Assembly (NCBI GenBank): GCA_002104945.1
Contig: MCFH01000008.1
Span: 744,001 to 808,000, forward strand
Length of the DNA stretch: 64,000 bases
Reading direction: 5' to 3'
Origin: Piromyces finnis finn
Lineage: Eukaryota; Fungi; Neocallimastigomycota
The notes under the pieces were generated by a model. It did no database searches. It saw only the letters and a program-made list of their open reading frames with translations, and was not told the DNA's origin. A program made the translations under genes and the position numbers. Of this stretch, positions 37,371-55,840 are shown in pieces. The stretch's first letter is position 1; each line of letters starts with the position of its first letter.

Positions 37371-40193
37371 TCTTAGATGTTTCTATATTGTTGTATTTAT
37401 TTATTTTATATAGTTAATGTTAAATATATATTATTTTCAATTTATTATGATTATATATATATGTACATATATTAAAAAAAAAGATAATATTTTTAAACAA
37501 CTGTATCTAATAATTTAATAATACATAACATTATATTTTATTTTATTTTATTTTATTTTATATTCCTTTTCCAAATTTTCTTTATTATTTTTGTTAGTCA
37601 TTTAACAGAATTTTACAATTAACTTTACACCTCTTTTTTTTTTTTATCATTTACTACACCTTTATAGAATAAAGGAAAGTTAAGAAAATTGTTTAATTAT
37701 ATATCCGAGAATAATATATAAATAAATACAATATTTCCTTAATTTATATATAAGTAAAAAAAAATTTTATATCCAGTTATTTTTTTTTAATAATAATAAT
37801 AACAAATGAAAAAAAAATTAATAAGAGTAAAAGATAAAATTCTCTTAAAGTACATAATAATTGATTAATTTTTACTAAAAACATTTTCAATTTTTCTTAA
37901 CTTAAAATGTACTATATTCTTTATAAATTTTATATCTACAATATATATAATTTATTGTATGGAATTATGATATAATATTTTTTTGTTAATTTTTCCTTAA
38001 CATATCAGAAATTTATAAATGATTATTAATTACTTTATTTTTCTTCGTTAAAAAGCAAAATAATAAATTTTACTTTAAAAAAGATATTGTTATAAATTTT
38101 TATTTTATTTATTTTATAATTAACAATATTTACATAATATATATATTATATATATGATATAATGGAATTATTTCTCTTTTATTATATATAAAAATTAATT
38201 CATAATATATATAAGGTATTTATATGAATCTTCTCTTTTAAAATTTTAAATCATATATTAGATTATATATATTTATATATTCTAATCAATAATGAATTTT
38301 GAAAAGAAATAAACATTATGATTTCGAATGATTTATATTGTTTAATATATAATGTAATTTATTGTAATATATTTACTAATTTTAATTTTGAATATACAGA
38401 AATTATATAAAAAAACATCCACCAAATAAATTACATTATAATTGAAATGAAATAAAAACGTGGAGATTTTTCAAATTTTTGAGTACTTTTATTAAAGTAT
38501 AAAGAGTAACATTTTTATGTTAATTAAAAAAATAATTATGCACAACCCAATACATTTATATAGTTACATGATAAATATAATTTGAATAATTTATAATAAT
38601 TTATATCTAGAACTGCTTTTATTCATAATTCTAAAAAGTAATGTTGATTAAATATCATATTATATAATGAAAGGTAAAATTATAATTTTTAATATTATTT
38701 AATGCATTCTATATCTAAAATATTAAGTGGATATTACTATATTGTTTTAATAAATAATAACAAAATATGATAATAGTTTACATTCATAAATTATTATGTA
38801 AAGGTTTTTATTATTTATATTTGTAACTAATGCTATTTTTATTTATTTTTTTTTTTTTTTTTTTTTTACTATACTATATATTTAAAATATTTTTTTTTTC
38901 ATGTTTGACTATGAATTTATTTAAATGTTTTATTAATGAAATAATCATAATTATATATTGTTTAACTTTTAAATGTATATATTATTAAATGCTTAAATAT
39001 ATTTTTGAATCTTTATCATACATAAGTATAACAACAATATAATGAAATACTCTTTTGAAATACTTTCTATAGTATATATAGTATATTTCAATTAATAAAT
39101 TAAAAATATGTAAAATTGATAATACGATAAATAAATTTTGTAATATTTATTACTGAAAAAATAATAGAAAGCAATAAAATACACCAATTTCATCAGTATA
39201 TTTTATTATTCTATCATTTCAATATCTGTTGATTTGAAATAAAAAAAAATGTCCTTCAATAATTACTTTTTTTCTTTAATTAAATAAAAATAATGAAAAG
39301 GTTAATGGTTAATAGTATTTTAATTTTAAAATTTATCCATTCTTTTTAAAATCTTTAAATTATGTTGATATATGTATCAAAAAAGAATTTTTAATTAAAT
39401 ATCATATATACCATATATTATAATTATTTAAATAATATATTTGTTATATATAAATATGTATACTTTTTAAAACACAATTAAATTTATAATATATTAACAA
39501 TTAATTATAATATGCTTAAACGATTAAAATATTTTTTTATTTTTTTTTTAAAATAAATACTAATTTTTATATAATAAAAAAAAGTTTTATTATTTAATAA
39601 TTAAATAATAGTGAAAATATAAAAAAAAAAAAATAGATTAACTTTATATAACTAATTAGGAATTTATTATTTAACTCCCTTTAATTGTTGAAGAATACAG
39701 GTAATTCATATTGAAGAAAATGAAGTATTTTAGTTATATATGCTTACAGATATTATTTAAAAACGGTATAATTGAAGAAATAATTTATTATAGTGTAGTT
39801 ATGTATTTAAGAATTAGCCTCTGAAGATCAATTATAAGTAATTTAATAGTACAAATAATGATAATAATAGTAATAAAAAGAAAATAATAAAAATAAAAAT
39901 AAAAATTCAATTATTGCAATATTGTTATAATATTTAAACTTTTAATTTTAATTTATAATAATAAACTTTTAATAATTAAATTTAATTTATAAATTACATT
40001 TTGAATAAATAATATAAATTTAATCTTATTTCCCATTAAAATGAATATAAAAATTATAAATTTGATATATATTTTACTAATACTATATAAAAATTATTAT
40101 TAAATATATATATATTTTAATAATGATAATAGGTGTTGCAACAGCTTTTTTTTTTTTTTTGTATTTCATTAACATTATATATACAAAAGTAAG

Positions 40194-41662
40194 ATGGAGA
40201 TTCCTGAAGATCTCGAAAGTAAATATAAATTATGTTTAAATAAGCTTAAGAATTAAATGAAATTTCATTTACATTGTTGGGATAAATTATTATTAATTTT
40301 AATATAAACTTTAAATATTATAATATTATGTACAAAACATTAGAATACAAATTTATATAATTATTTAAAAAATATTTTTAAATTATTTTCAACAAATACT
40401 AATTATATTATTTAAATATTTTATAAAAGTTACATTACAGGAAATTCGAAGTCAATGGGAGTTTGCTTCCATTTGTCAATTTTTGAATCTTTTTTATAAT
40501 GCTGTAGGTTTAGAATCTTTTGATACTGATGTAAGTTATTTTTATAAAATTTGATTTAATATATTAAAATTGTATTAATCTCTATTTTAAATAAAAGGAA
40601 TTTGAAACTGATTTAGTAACTGGAAAATCAAATGCAAATATAATTAAATTACAAATGAAATTATTAAAATCATTAACAGGACTTAACAATATATTGTAAT
40701 ATTCAAAATAATTTTAAATTAATTTTTATTATATCATTTTTTAATTTTTTATCTTAATGTTATAATTTTTTTTATCAAGACTGGATAATTATCAAAACCT
40801 TATAATAAAGGAGTATAAGAAGCATAATTTGGATTGTTCAATCACTGAAAAATTAGATTTTTTTGATTTACCCATTAGAGAAAAAGTAGAATAATACACA
40901 TAATAATTTTTGAATTAGCAAAATTATTTATTTATTAACAATATCAACATTTATATAGATAATGATATTATATAATTTATGTGAATGGCAATTTGAAAAT
41001 GCTGATAATTTTAGAGCGAGAATAACAGAAGAAGATCAACAAACTTGGGTACAATTTCTTATATGATATGATATAATTTTATATTTTAAATAAGATTTTT
41101 TAAAAATTATACTAAAACCAACTATTAAATCATATAGAGAGTTGATCCTATAGGGTATGATCAAAAGGGAAATAAATATTGGTTATTTGATGGTAAATAT
41201 AAAATATGAATATTTTATAATAAATTTATAATGATTGTTTAGTTATTAATATTAAATTATAAAGATAATAGATTATATAAAGAATTACCAGAAGTAATAG
41301 CAAAACCAAAACCAAGAAAAGGAAAACGTAGACATCGTCGTGATACCACAGAAAATTTGTCGAATAGTCCCGCAATGAAGCAAAATAGATGGCAGTTGGT
41401 ATGTTCTCCAATGATTATATTAAAGAACTAATTTAAAAGAATATCTTATAAATATTTTATAATGAGATAATAAAATTGATATATATATATTTATAACTTT
41501 TATTTCTTTAAAAGGTATGTTTGACATCTGAAGACTGGAATAACTTTCCAAAACAATTTGAAAATTCTAAGTATCAAATCGAAAAAGATTTTTATGAATT
41601 TGTTACAACATATATAATACCTAAAGTTCTTGATGCTTTAAAAGTAATTATTTATATATTAA

Positions 41663-41694
<32 letters not shown>

Positions 41695-44474
41695 ATAATA
41701 ATAATAATTAAACATAATTTAAATGTACAAATATTAGTCAAAAGAAAAGAAAAGAAGACTTCAAGAAGCTATTGTACATCGTAAACGTTCAAGTCGTATA
41801 CAAATGAAAGAAATTGAAAAGTTTGAAAAAGAAAGAAAAGCTGAACTAGAAAGGCTTCGTAAAGAAGAAGAATTAAAGATCAAAAGAGAAGAAGAAAAAC
41901 GAAGAAAGGAGGAGGAGGTGAAATATTAATCATTGATTTATTAAATTTTAAATTTTATTAATATATTAATAGATAATATTTTAACTATTAAATTATTAAT
42001 GAAATATTTCAATATAATAGCGTTTAAGGCAAATCCAATTAGAAAGAGAACGTAGAATAAAAGAAAGGGAAGAAAAAATAAGATTAAAAGAAGAACAAAA
42101 ACAAAAAGAAAGAGAAGAACAAATGTTGAGAGAAATGCGCTGTAGAAGAAATGAAGAAGGCCCAGGAATAAATGGTGAACCATTTGAATTTAAATGTATA
42201 TGTAATAATAATGAAATAGATATTGAACATAATGAGGTTCCACTTATTGTTTGTGAACAATGCAACGTGTGGATGCATATACCGTGTTTAGCTATGAAGC
42301 TTTTAAGATTTACTGAACAACCTTTATTATTATATGAAGATGATATTGAGGATTGGAAACGCATTTTATTTATATGTCCAAGATGTAAAGCGAAGGAGTT
42401 AAATATTGATTACGATAAAGTCATTAACAAAAAGAAACGCGGTAGACCAAAGCTTTCGGAAGAAGAAATTCAACGTAAAAAGCAGGAAAATTCAGAAAAT
42501 AAAAAACAAATAAGAAAAAGGAGAAAGATTACAGACGAAAATGGTGTAGTTTTTATAATTAATGATGGTATAAGTAATAGCGACACTTCAGCTTCAAATA
42601 GTAATAATATTATACTTGATAGTAATGACCAACCAATTAAGTTATCAAAATATAAATTAAAGAAGCTTGAAGAAACACCAGAAGAAAAAGCAGAGAGGGA
42701 AAGATTAAAACAAGAAAGAAAAGAACTAAGAAGGAAATTAAGATTAGAAAAGAAATTACAACTTAAATTAGAAAGACGCGAACAGAGGCGAAAGGAACGC
42801 TTAGAAAGAAAGGAACAGGAAAAACTTCAGAAAAAAATGGAAAGAGAAAAGTTACGACAAGAAAAAAAGGAAAAATTACAAATGGAAAAATTAATAGAAA
42901 AAATGAAAAAGAGGAATTTAGTAGTGTTTGGTCCAGTAGGACCTGATGGTCAACCACCTCTTTTAGTGCCTAATCAATTAAGGCAGCATAGACCAAAAGT
43001 TAAGAAACAATCTTTATCAAAAGACAATGATCAGCTATTAGGCAATAATTATAATAGCATTTCCTCTTCAGTTACCACATCAGTTTTATCAGAGGGTAGT
43101 GTTTAATAAAATTTTATAATATTTTATATATTCTATTAAACTATTGAAATTAAATATTAATATTTTAATATATTAAAATTTAAAATTTATCTAATTATCA
43201 TTATTTTATATATATTATATTAATTATATTTTTTTCTTTATATTGAAAAAAAAAAAAAAAAAATAGATTCAACAAGTAATAATGAATATTCATCAAATTG
43301 GGTAACATCTTCAAAGGAATCAACACCAGTTATTAGTAATTCTTTACAATCATATTCTTCATTATCATCAGTGATATATAGCGATAATTCCTCAATAACA
43401 TTAAATGGATCAGAAAGACAGGATACAATGATAATTAAGAAACAAAGAAAGAAAAGAGAACCAAAATATGATGAAAATGGGAATATTATACCAAGAAAAA
43501 GAAAAAGTAAAACTAATATACTAGAAAATAGTTCTTTAAATATGAATGGAATTACTCAAAGTAATTCAATTCCTCTCCATCCAAATAATTTAAATTCAAT
43601 GAATTTAAATGACAATAATATTAATCCAATAATTCCTCAATTCCAATATAATTCAAACCCTAATAATACCCCATCATGGAATACTTCAATGCTACATATA
43701 TTAGATAATAAAAATTATATTGTTAATAATAATATATTAAACAATTCGAAAAACTCAAAAACTATATCTCCACAAGTACTGGGAAATCCAGTTCAAACAT
43801 CTAAAAATTTATCATATGGATATCATAACCAAAGTCCAATTCTTCCAAATAGCATATTGCATAATAAAAATCAGGAAGCTCCAAACTCATATCTAAACCA
43901 GACTGTAAATAATAATTCTGGAATAAAACCAATATATCCTCTTTTTACTGGTAACACATTAGTTCATCAATTAACAAATCAACAATCATCACAACCATCT
44001 TTAGTTAATCCTAAATTAATTAATAATATACCAATAACTGGTTCGTCTTCCTATTCAAAGATAATACCAAAACCCAATATTTATCATCAAAATTCTAATT
44101 ATGATACCAACGAAAAAGATGTAATGAATAATGAGAACAAGAACATATCTAATTATTCACAGCATTCAAAAATTCTTTCTAATTCCCAAAATTATTTAAA
44201 TCCTCTGACTAATAAATCAAACAATTTTTCAAATATGGAAGGTAGACCTATAATACAATCATCAGTATTACATAGTATTAAAAACAACAACAACAACAAT
44301 AATAATAATAATACACATACCGCAAGTAACTCAAATGATAACAATAATAATACCTCAATTCAAAATCAACCAGAATTAATTAATGAATCTAATACTGAAT
44401 CTATGATTTCAAACCAGCAACAACAAACTGCTGTAGCTGCCAATATTTTAGCATCAATATCTTCAAATATGTAA
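40194..44474 (+). CDS. RSF1/DDT-like ISWI-associated chromatin protein with WHIM/WSD-type motifs, PHD finger, AT-hook and Asn-rich tail; multi-exon
   Basis: Spliced by eye: MEIPEDLE-ITLQEIRSQWEFASICQFLNLF; LYNLCEWQF; RVDPIGYDQKGNKYWLFD; WQL-VCLTSEDW; then a coiled coil. PHD: CIC...CEQCNVWMHIPC...CPRC. AT-hook: KRGRPK. Confidence 0.75.
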
Positions 44475-45513
44475 AATTAAATGGAATTATCATTCATTTT
44501 CTTTAAATAAATTCCATTTGAAGCTATATAAATAAATTTATAGAATTATTAATAATAGCCATCATTCATTTAATTTTTTTTAATATTTTTATTCCTATGT
44601 ACAATTATTTTTTTTTTTTTAAAAAAAAAATTGTCTATTATAATATTATAATAGATATTATTATAAGATTGTTATTATCAATTGTTATTATCATAATTAT
44701 TATTATTTATTTCAAATTAATAGTAATAATAACTTTAAATTATTTAATAAAATAAGCAACAAAAATTAAAAAAAATAACAATATTATATATTTATTTTTT
44801 AAAGTTTAATCAATTAACAATGTGAAACTTGATAATTTAAATTAATTTGTTTGATTATTATATATTAAAAAAAAAAGTTTTTTCTTTTTAATTTTCAAAT
44901 TTATTTATCATACCATTACTTATGTTTAATTCAATCCCATAATAACACCATAATATAATAGATAATAATAATAATTATTATTTTTTTTTTTATGTATGAT
45001 GGTTGTTAAGATTGTTTTATTTGTCACCTTTGTTAATATCACTTTTCCTTCTAAATAATACATTTAATAAAGTAGAATAAATTATATTAAAATCTTAACC
45101 AATAAAATTAAATATAGTTAATTATATAACCATTATTTTTTATATTAATTTAAATATAATTAAATTGGGAGATTATTTAAAAACTATTTGTTAAAAAAAT
45201 GATTTAATTTAAGAATTATTTACTTTTGAATTATAATTGTAATATTTAATAAATTCATTATTTTTAATTATTTTAAAAATGAGTGTAATATACAAATCTA
45301 TTTTATTTTATAATTCAATAAAAATTGATATATAAAATTAATAAAATTATATTTATTAATTAGTTGATGTAAAATATTTTTTTTTTTTTTTTTTTAAATT
45401 ATTAATATTAACTAAGTAATAATAATGATATATTTTAAATCATAAGAATTAATATATAATATTCTTTCGATTTTTTAATTACAATTAAATAAAAGTTTAA
45501 GCATAATTAGAAA

Positions 45514-48969
<3,456 letters not shown>

Positions 48970-49410
48970 TTTGAAAATTTAAAAATATGTTTATGCTATT
49001 AAATAATTTAACATTTTGTCTATTAAATATATATATAGTAATATATTTTACTATGACTTAAGTAAACTGTAGTGAAAAATAAAATATATATTTAAAAACA
49101 AAAAATATTGGTATTTTTATTTATTTATTTATTTTTTTTATTTTATTATTATCATAAATTTAAGAATCTTTTGTTATTGTTTTTTTTTTTTTATTATTTA
49201 ATAATTATTTTTTTTTCCTAAAATACTTATTAAAATTCTTTATATACATTCTTAATAAAAAATAATAATCAATATTATTTATATTATATCTATTTCTCTA
49301 TTATATATAATTGGCTATTCTTTAAAATAAAATAATAATCTATATTATTTTTATTTTATATATATTTTCTATTAAAATGATTATTAAGTAATACTTAAAT
49401 TTAGATACAA

Positions 49411-50490
49411 TCATATTTTTTTATAATCTTTATTTTTTGAGGTATACTTTGTTGAAATTTGTATTATCGAAAAAATTACTAATAAGAATGTGATAAAATA
49501 TAATAAAAAAGTCAATCCACTTTTGAATCTTTGTTTGAGTATAATTTTTTTTAATGGTTTAATACTTTTACTACTTGTACAATAATTTAAAGGATGACAT
49601 ATATTACTATCACATTGTTCATTTGATATACATGGTTCTTGATTTGATAATTTACATTCTATTTTCATATTATTAATATCATTATAATTTACTCTACAGA
49701 TATAATCTTTAATTGAATTTTTTTTAATACAAACATCATTGTTACAGACTCCTGTATAACACATTGTATCATTATTTTTACAATTTTCTGTTGAACAGAA
49801 ACCTTTTTTATATAATTTATTATTACAAGATTGTAAAATTGTTTTATTTTCAATGTTTTCTCCTCCACTTTTAGTATACGTATATTTATTTACAAAAGCA
49901 ATACCAATTTCTGCATTACCATCATCTAAATGAAAGATGTTATGATTTTCGCTTTCATAAGCTTTGCATCTTAAATTACCATGACATATAAATGACATAT
50001 TACAAATATTAATCGCTTTAGTTGTTTCGGTTGCAGGTTTTACATTTATACATCCACTACTATAAAATGGACAATCAGTTTTATTATTACATATAAATCT
50101 ATATATGAAATAAAATTTGTTGTTAAAAAGTCAAAGTATATTATATTATATTTATTACATAAATTATCATATAAAGTTTTTATATAATAATTATAACATT
50201 CCAAAAAAAAAAAAAAAAAAAAAAAAAAGAAATTAAAAATAGAATAGAATATATAATAAAACAAAACAAGAATGCATGTAAATATTGTTTATATATATAT
50301 TTTAATTAAATATAATTAGTAAATAAACTTACACCGGAAGTGCTTCTATATCTTCTTTTCTATATTTTAAACTTTTAAATAAAGGTATTTGTTCACTTAA
50401 AACGGTTTTATTAATGTTAAAGAAACAAAGCAATATAAAGAACCGAAAGATTAAGTATTTTGGTTTAATATATTTATTTTTATATTTCAT
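49411..50490 (-). CDS. Cys-rich single-pass (type I) membrane protein, ~268 aa; 2 exons
   Basis: Exon 1 (50333-50490) encodes a hydrophobic leader. Intron 50060-50332 (GT...AG) is followed by exon 2 in frame with the 49998 ORF. Dense Cys motifs (CSTENC...CYTGVCNNDVC; CISNEQCDSNICHPLNYC) precede a C-terminal TM helix. Confidence 0.75.
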
Positions 50491-50505
50491 TATTATTTTA
50501 ATTGA

Positions 50506-50510
<5 letters not shown>

Positions 50511-50577
<67 letters not shown>
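50511..50577. repeat. (TAT)~22 microsatellite just upstream of the Cys-rich gene start
   Basis: Read directly from the sequence. Confidence 0.95.
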
Positions 50578-50875
50578 TAAATGATTTAACTTATTAAAAA
50601 TTAATAATCATTATATATTTATTTTTTTGAATCTATTACTTATTATTTCGTTTTCTTTTATTATTTTTATTATTATTTACTTTTATAATTGTTTTTTCTA
50701 TTTTTTTTTTTTTAAAAAATAAGATTTGTTACATTTAAACAATTTTTAAGTTTTTTTTTTTAATATTTTGGGTAACACAAAACTTAAATATATTTATATA
50801 AAAAATAAAAAAGTAAAATTAAATGTTTGTAATATATCAAACAATGAAGTATTCATTTAAAAAAAAAAAAAATTA

Positions 50876-53800
50876 TTATTTAATTAAACTAATTTTTGAT
50901 TTTGAATTGAAATATTTCCATTTTCCATAATCATCCATTATAAATAATGTTGAACAAAATTTATAGAATAAAATATATTTTTCAATTGTATTTTCGTCGT
51001 TTTCTTTTCTTTTTTTGAGTTTACAACCACAAGTATATGAATTATGAATAAAACATATTTCATTTTTTTCATATACAATAAAATATACGCTTGTATTGTC
51101 ACCTTGTTTTTTCATAATGTAATATACTTTATCCCATGAGAAGAATATAAAAAATGTTAGATAACATATTGAATTTGCTATATTTTCAAGAATTATCATT
51201 GTATATCTTTGTTTTTTAAATATAATGAAACAAATTATCTATTATTTTATAATTTACAAATATAAAAAAAGAGTAAATTAGTGAAAAAAATAATTTATAA
51301 ATGATTTATTTTAATGATCAACATTATATTACATTGATTAAAGGACCCAATGCAAAAGCAAAAACTGTTGAATATGTGATAAATTTTGTACATCTAAAAA
51401 TATATCCCATTTTTAATAATTGTTTACCTTTCATTAAAATTATAACTAACAATGCAAGTTCTAAAAAATAATATATAATATCTTGATTCAATAAGTTACA
51501 TTTATAAATCCATTCATTATTTTCATTTTGTTCTAAATTAATGCTAGTATCAATATTTCCTTCGGTATAACTAACATCCTTTAATTTATATATTCCAATT
51601 GTAATAATAATTACTATAAAAAAAATCGGATAAAATATTAATATTTCAAGAAACATAACATGTGCATTTTTCACACTTTTTATAAGAGCTTTATTTTTAT
51701 TTTTTTGATTTGAAGTTTTTTCAGTATATTTTTCATTAATATTTCCATTAGATTTACTTATATTTAATATTAAAGAACTTGAACTATATTCACTGTTTAA
51801 ATCATCTATGCTTCTTTTCTCTGATTTCACTTTTTCTTTGATTTCTGTTTCGTATTTTTTATTTATTATTGAATCTGTATTATTATTATCTAGATTGTTT
51901 GTTATTGTAGGGTGAATTTCTTCATACAATAAAGGATTACTTTTAAATGCTAAATTTGTTTTACTAGAAAATATAGAAAATTGATTTCCTGAACTTTTTG
52001 AATATTCGTTAAGATTTGTTTTTGATCCTCTTATAGAATCTGATAGTGTATCTGTTGAAAGAAACTTAAATTTTTCATCCTTTTCATTTAAAATGCCTAA
52101 TTCAACGCCAATTGAATTGAAAATATAATAAATTACCAGCATCAATGAAATACCAACATGTTTGAAGAAAAAATTTAATGAACATTCAAAATAATTTGTA
52201 TATGTAGAAAACAATAAACTGAAAAAGAAGAAGAATAGACCTGTACAAAAGATTAAAATTTTATAAAAACCACTATCCTTAATAATGTTTTGCTTTCTAT
52301 TTAATATTATGAACAAAACATATACTAAAATAATAAATGAAATTAAAATGAAAATTGAAGATATATTGTTTTTTAAAATACTAATTTATTTAAAATATTG
52401 TTAAAATATATTGATATTTTACAATATATATAATAAAAATTATGTGTTATTATATTTATTATATTTATTTGATATATTATTTATTCATAATATTATTAAT
52501 TGTATATTACAAACAAACCTGAAATCCAAAAAAACTCTATTTTCGCAATATTCTCCTCCCCATCCTTGTAAGCATTCACATCTATTAAGATTTCTATCAT
52601 TAATACTTTCTTCATAATATGGTTTACAAGTTGCTGTGGAATTTGTTGGACAAGTTGATTTGCAAATAGGATTTTCACAATATAAAATATTTTTATTATG
52701 CATTTTAATTTGATCTTTATTACACCCTTTAACCTCAATTTCCACATTATTAACATTAATATTAATATCATTATTATAATTTTCAATTGAAAATTTTAAA
52801 ATATAAGTATTAGGATTAGCAAAAATTCTTAAGTTTGTTAGTTCACATCGTCCTAATAAATTAAAAAATTGTTCAATAATAATCAATATGATAAGGAATA
52901 GATGATAAATTAATAATATTACTAAGAAATGTTAATAGTAAAAATAAAATAAAAACCTTTTATGAATGAGCCAATATTTCCCATCATTTTAAAAGATATT
53001 TTATCTAAATTTTTCATATTATTTTCTTTTTCTATCATTGATACTTTTAATGTCATAGAAGAATAATATTTTGTTATATCTTCAATTAAATTATCAAACT
53101 CATCAAATAATGTAAAGTTCAAGGGAAAATAATCACCAGTAATGATACTTATATTGTCATTTAGTGTTGTATTTAGTAAAATATATGATGGTTTAGAAGT
53201 GAAATTATTAATATATGAATTTACTGTGTTATTTTCTATTATGGAATCATTTAAATTCATTAAATTTTTATTTACTGAATTTTCAATATATATTCCTCCT
53301 CCCATAATACCAGCTTCATTAAAGGTAATTTCATTTTTTTTAAAAACTGCTAATTCCATTTGAGTATATTTTGAATAAATAGCACCACCAAAGTTTTCTG
53401 CTAAATTTCTTTTAAAAGTATTATTTTCAATATTAATGTAAGGATCGATATTTAAATTATTTCCTATTTTGTCTCCAAAATATAATGCACCACCATTAAT
53501 TGCTTGGTTATTTTCAAATAAATTTGATTTTAAATTAACATATAAATTTGAAATATTATCAATACATCTAATATGTATTTAATATTATCTTAGTAATTTT
53601 TTATTTATTTATAATATAAATTATTGATATATTTTTATTAATATTTTAATACTTCGTACATTGCACCTCCATTACTTTTACAATAATTATTTGAAAAATT
53701 CGAATTGGATATTGTCATATTTAAATTTTTACTAAAATGAATATTTCCACATGATAATTTATTATTATTAATATTTTCAAAAATATCAATATTTGATATA

Positions 53801-55840
53801 TTTATTATTGACTATATGTTTTATATTAGTTTCATATCATTTTTTTATATATGAATCAATTATTTATAATGTATACCTTTTCTGATGTATTTTCAATAAA
53901 TGGTCCATATGAAGTAACTTTTGTAATTTCAAATTTATCCAATATTACATCACTTTTACTTCCAGTAATTTTTATTAATGGTCCATTAGAATATGAATTT
54001 TTAATTACTGAATTACTTATAGAAATTTTTTTATTGCTTTCATTGGAATCAAATATAATAAGAGATGAATAATTAATGTCCCCATTACAATTAATATTTT
54101 CAAATTCACAATTATTGATAGTTATATTATTATTAACAAAATGAAAAAGTGCTTTCCCATTTGATTTGATATTATTAATTTTAATATCATTTAGATAATA
54201 TTGTGATTCATCATTAAATAATTCACATGATAATCTACAAAATAAATTATTATTTTTAATATTAGAAATATATATATTATATAATTATTGTTCAATTATT
54301 TATAAATAATATAACTATTACTCTAAATTAGAAATTTCAGTATTTGAAATATTTATTAATGAATTTTTTGAATTAGATAGTAATGGAACAAAAACTCTTT
54401 TTGTTACATTTTTGAATGCTGAGTTTTCAATGTTAATTTTGATACTATCACCACGAATAAATGGAGTTGAATCTATTCCAATTCATTAATATATATTTAG
54501 ATGCATTAGTATTCACTTTCTATTTTTTGTTAATTTTAAAATTTATTAAATTATATTACTTGAAAATGTAAAGTTATTTAATTTAATATGTTGCTCTTCA
54601 TATTTGTGACTTTCTATATATAATAAATATCCACACTCAGCATAGGAATTTGTAAGGACAGTATCACTTATTCTAGATATAATTAAATAATTAAATAAAT
54701 ATTATAATTTATTCTTAAATTTCTTTTTTTTTTTTTTTATAATGTTTTTTATATTACTCAAGGATTAATCCATAACCGTATATTAAAGGTTGTGGACTTT
54801 CAACGTTAATATTTTCGAATATTGTATTAATAAATATCAGTTTGTCCATTTCTGAGTTTGAAGAAAAAAGTGCACCCACTCTTTTCTTTGGATTTAAATA
54901 AGTTTCTTCATCTATATCTGAAAAATAGCCTTTTTAATATATTTATAATAAAAATAAGAATTATTATTTAAAATTTATCTTTTTATGTTTATATATATGT
55001 TTAAATATTGATATAATTACAATTTTCGAAAATAAATTTAGAAAAATGTGATTGAAATAATCCTCTATTTTTAATAAATCTTGTATTTTTAAATTTTATT
55101 GCTGCATTATCATATAATTGAGAATAAGATAAAGTCAGGTAATTATGATAAACATGTATAATTTTTCGTTTATTATTACTTTTTAATTATTATTTATATT
55201 AATAAAAATATTATATATGTTAATAATGTCCTAATATTAAAAATAAATATTTTAAAATTTAAAAATAAAAATAAATAAATAATAATAATAAATACATAAA
55301 TTCAGTATTGTTAAATTGAATTTGTGGATCTACTTTAATTTTTTTACTGGAGGTGAAATTCAATAGTATTAAATCATAATTATTATTTTTAAAGGAACAA
55401 TTATTTATATATACATGAAATTGTTCTGTTTTCGATGTGATAGCTAAAATATAAACAAATGATTCTAATTCCTGATTAAAATTAGTAAAGATAATATTTT
55501 CAAATGTCAATGAATAATTATATTCTGTTGAAAATTTGAAAGGACCTTTTCTTCCTTGATGATTATAATCAAATACGGTTCCATTTATGTTACCAATTAA
55601 TGATACATTATTAATTAATGAAATATCAATACTAAATGCCTCAATTAATGTCATATTATAATAATCATCTACAAAATTTATGATTAATTCTTCATCTTGA
55701 TTATTATTTATTAAGTTTTTTAAATTATAAAAATTATCATCGTTATTTTTTACTTTTATTAATTTTGCATTTACATATTTTAAATTGAATTTATTTAAAA
55801 TTATTGAAAATATAAGAATGTAATAGATAGATATTTTCAT
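50876..55840 (-). CDS. Beta-helix + EGF-like + class C-like 7TM receptor, copy 4; 11 exons, intact
   Basis: All exons splice in frame with the same intron phases as copies 2 and 3. Motifs GGALY, FGGAIY, MGGGIY; TGDYFPLNFTLFDEF; CENPICKSTC...CECLQGWGGEYC; 7 TM helices. Confidence 0.88.

Noticed and set aside
37400-40190. 2.8-kb extremely AT-rich divergent intergenic region (centromere- or origin-like?)
   Set aside because: The composition is typical of intergenic DNA in this lineage, and there is no repeat unit or motif.
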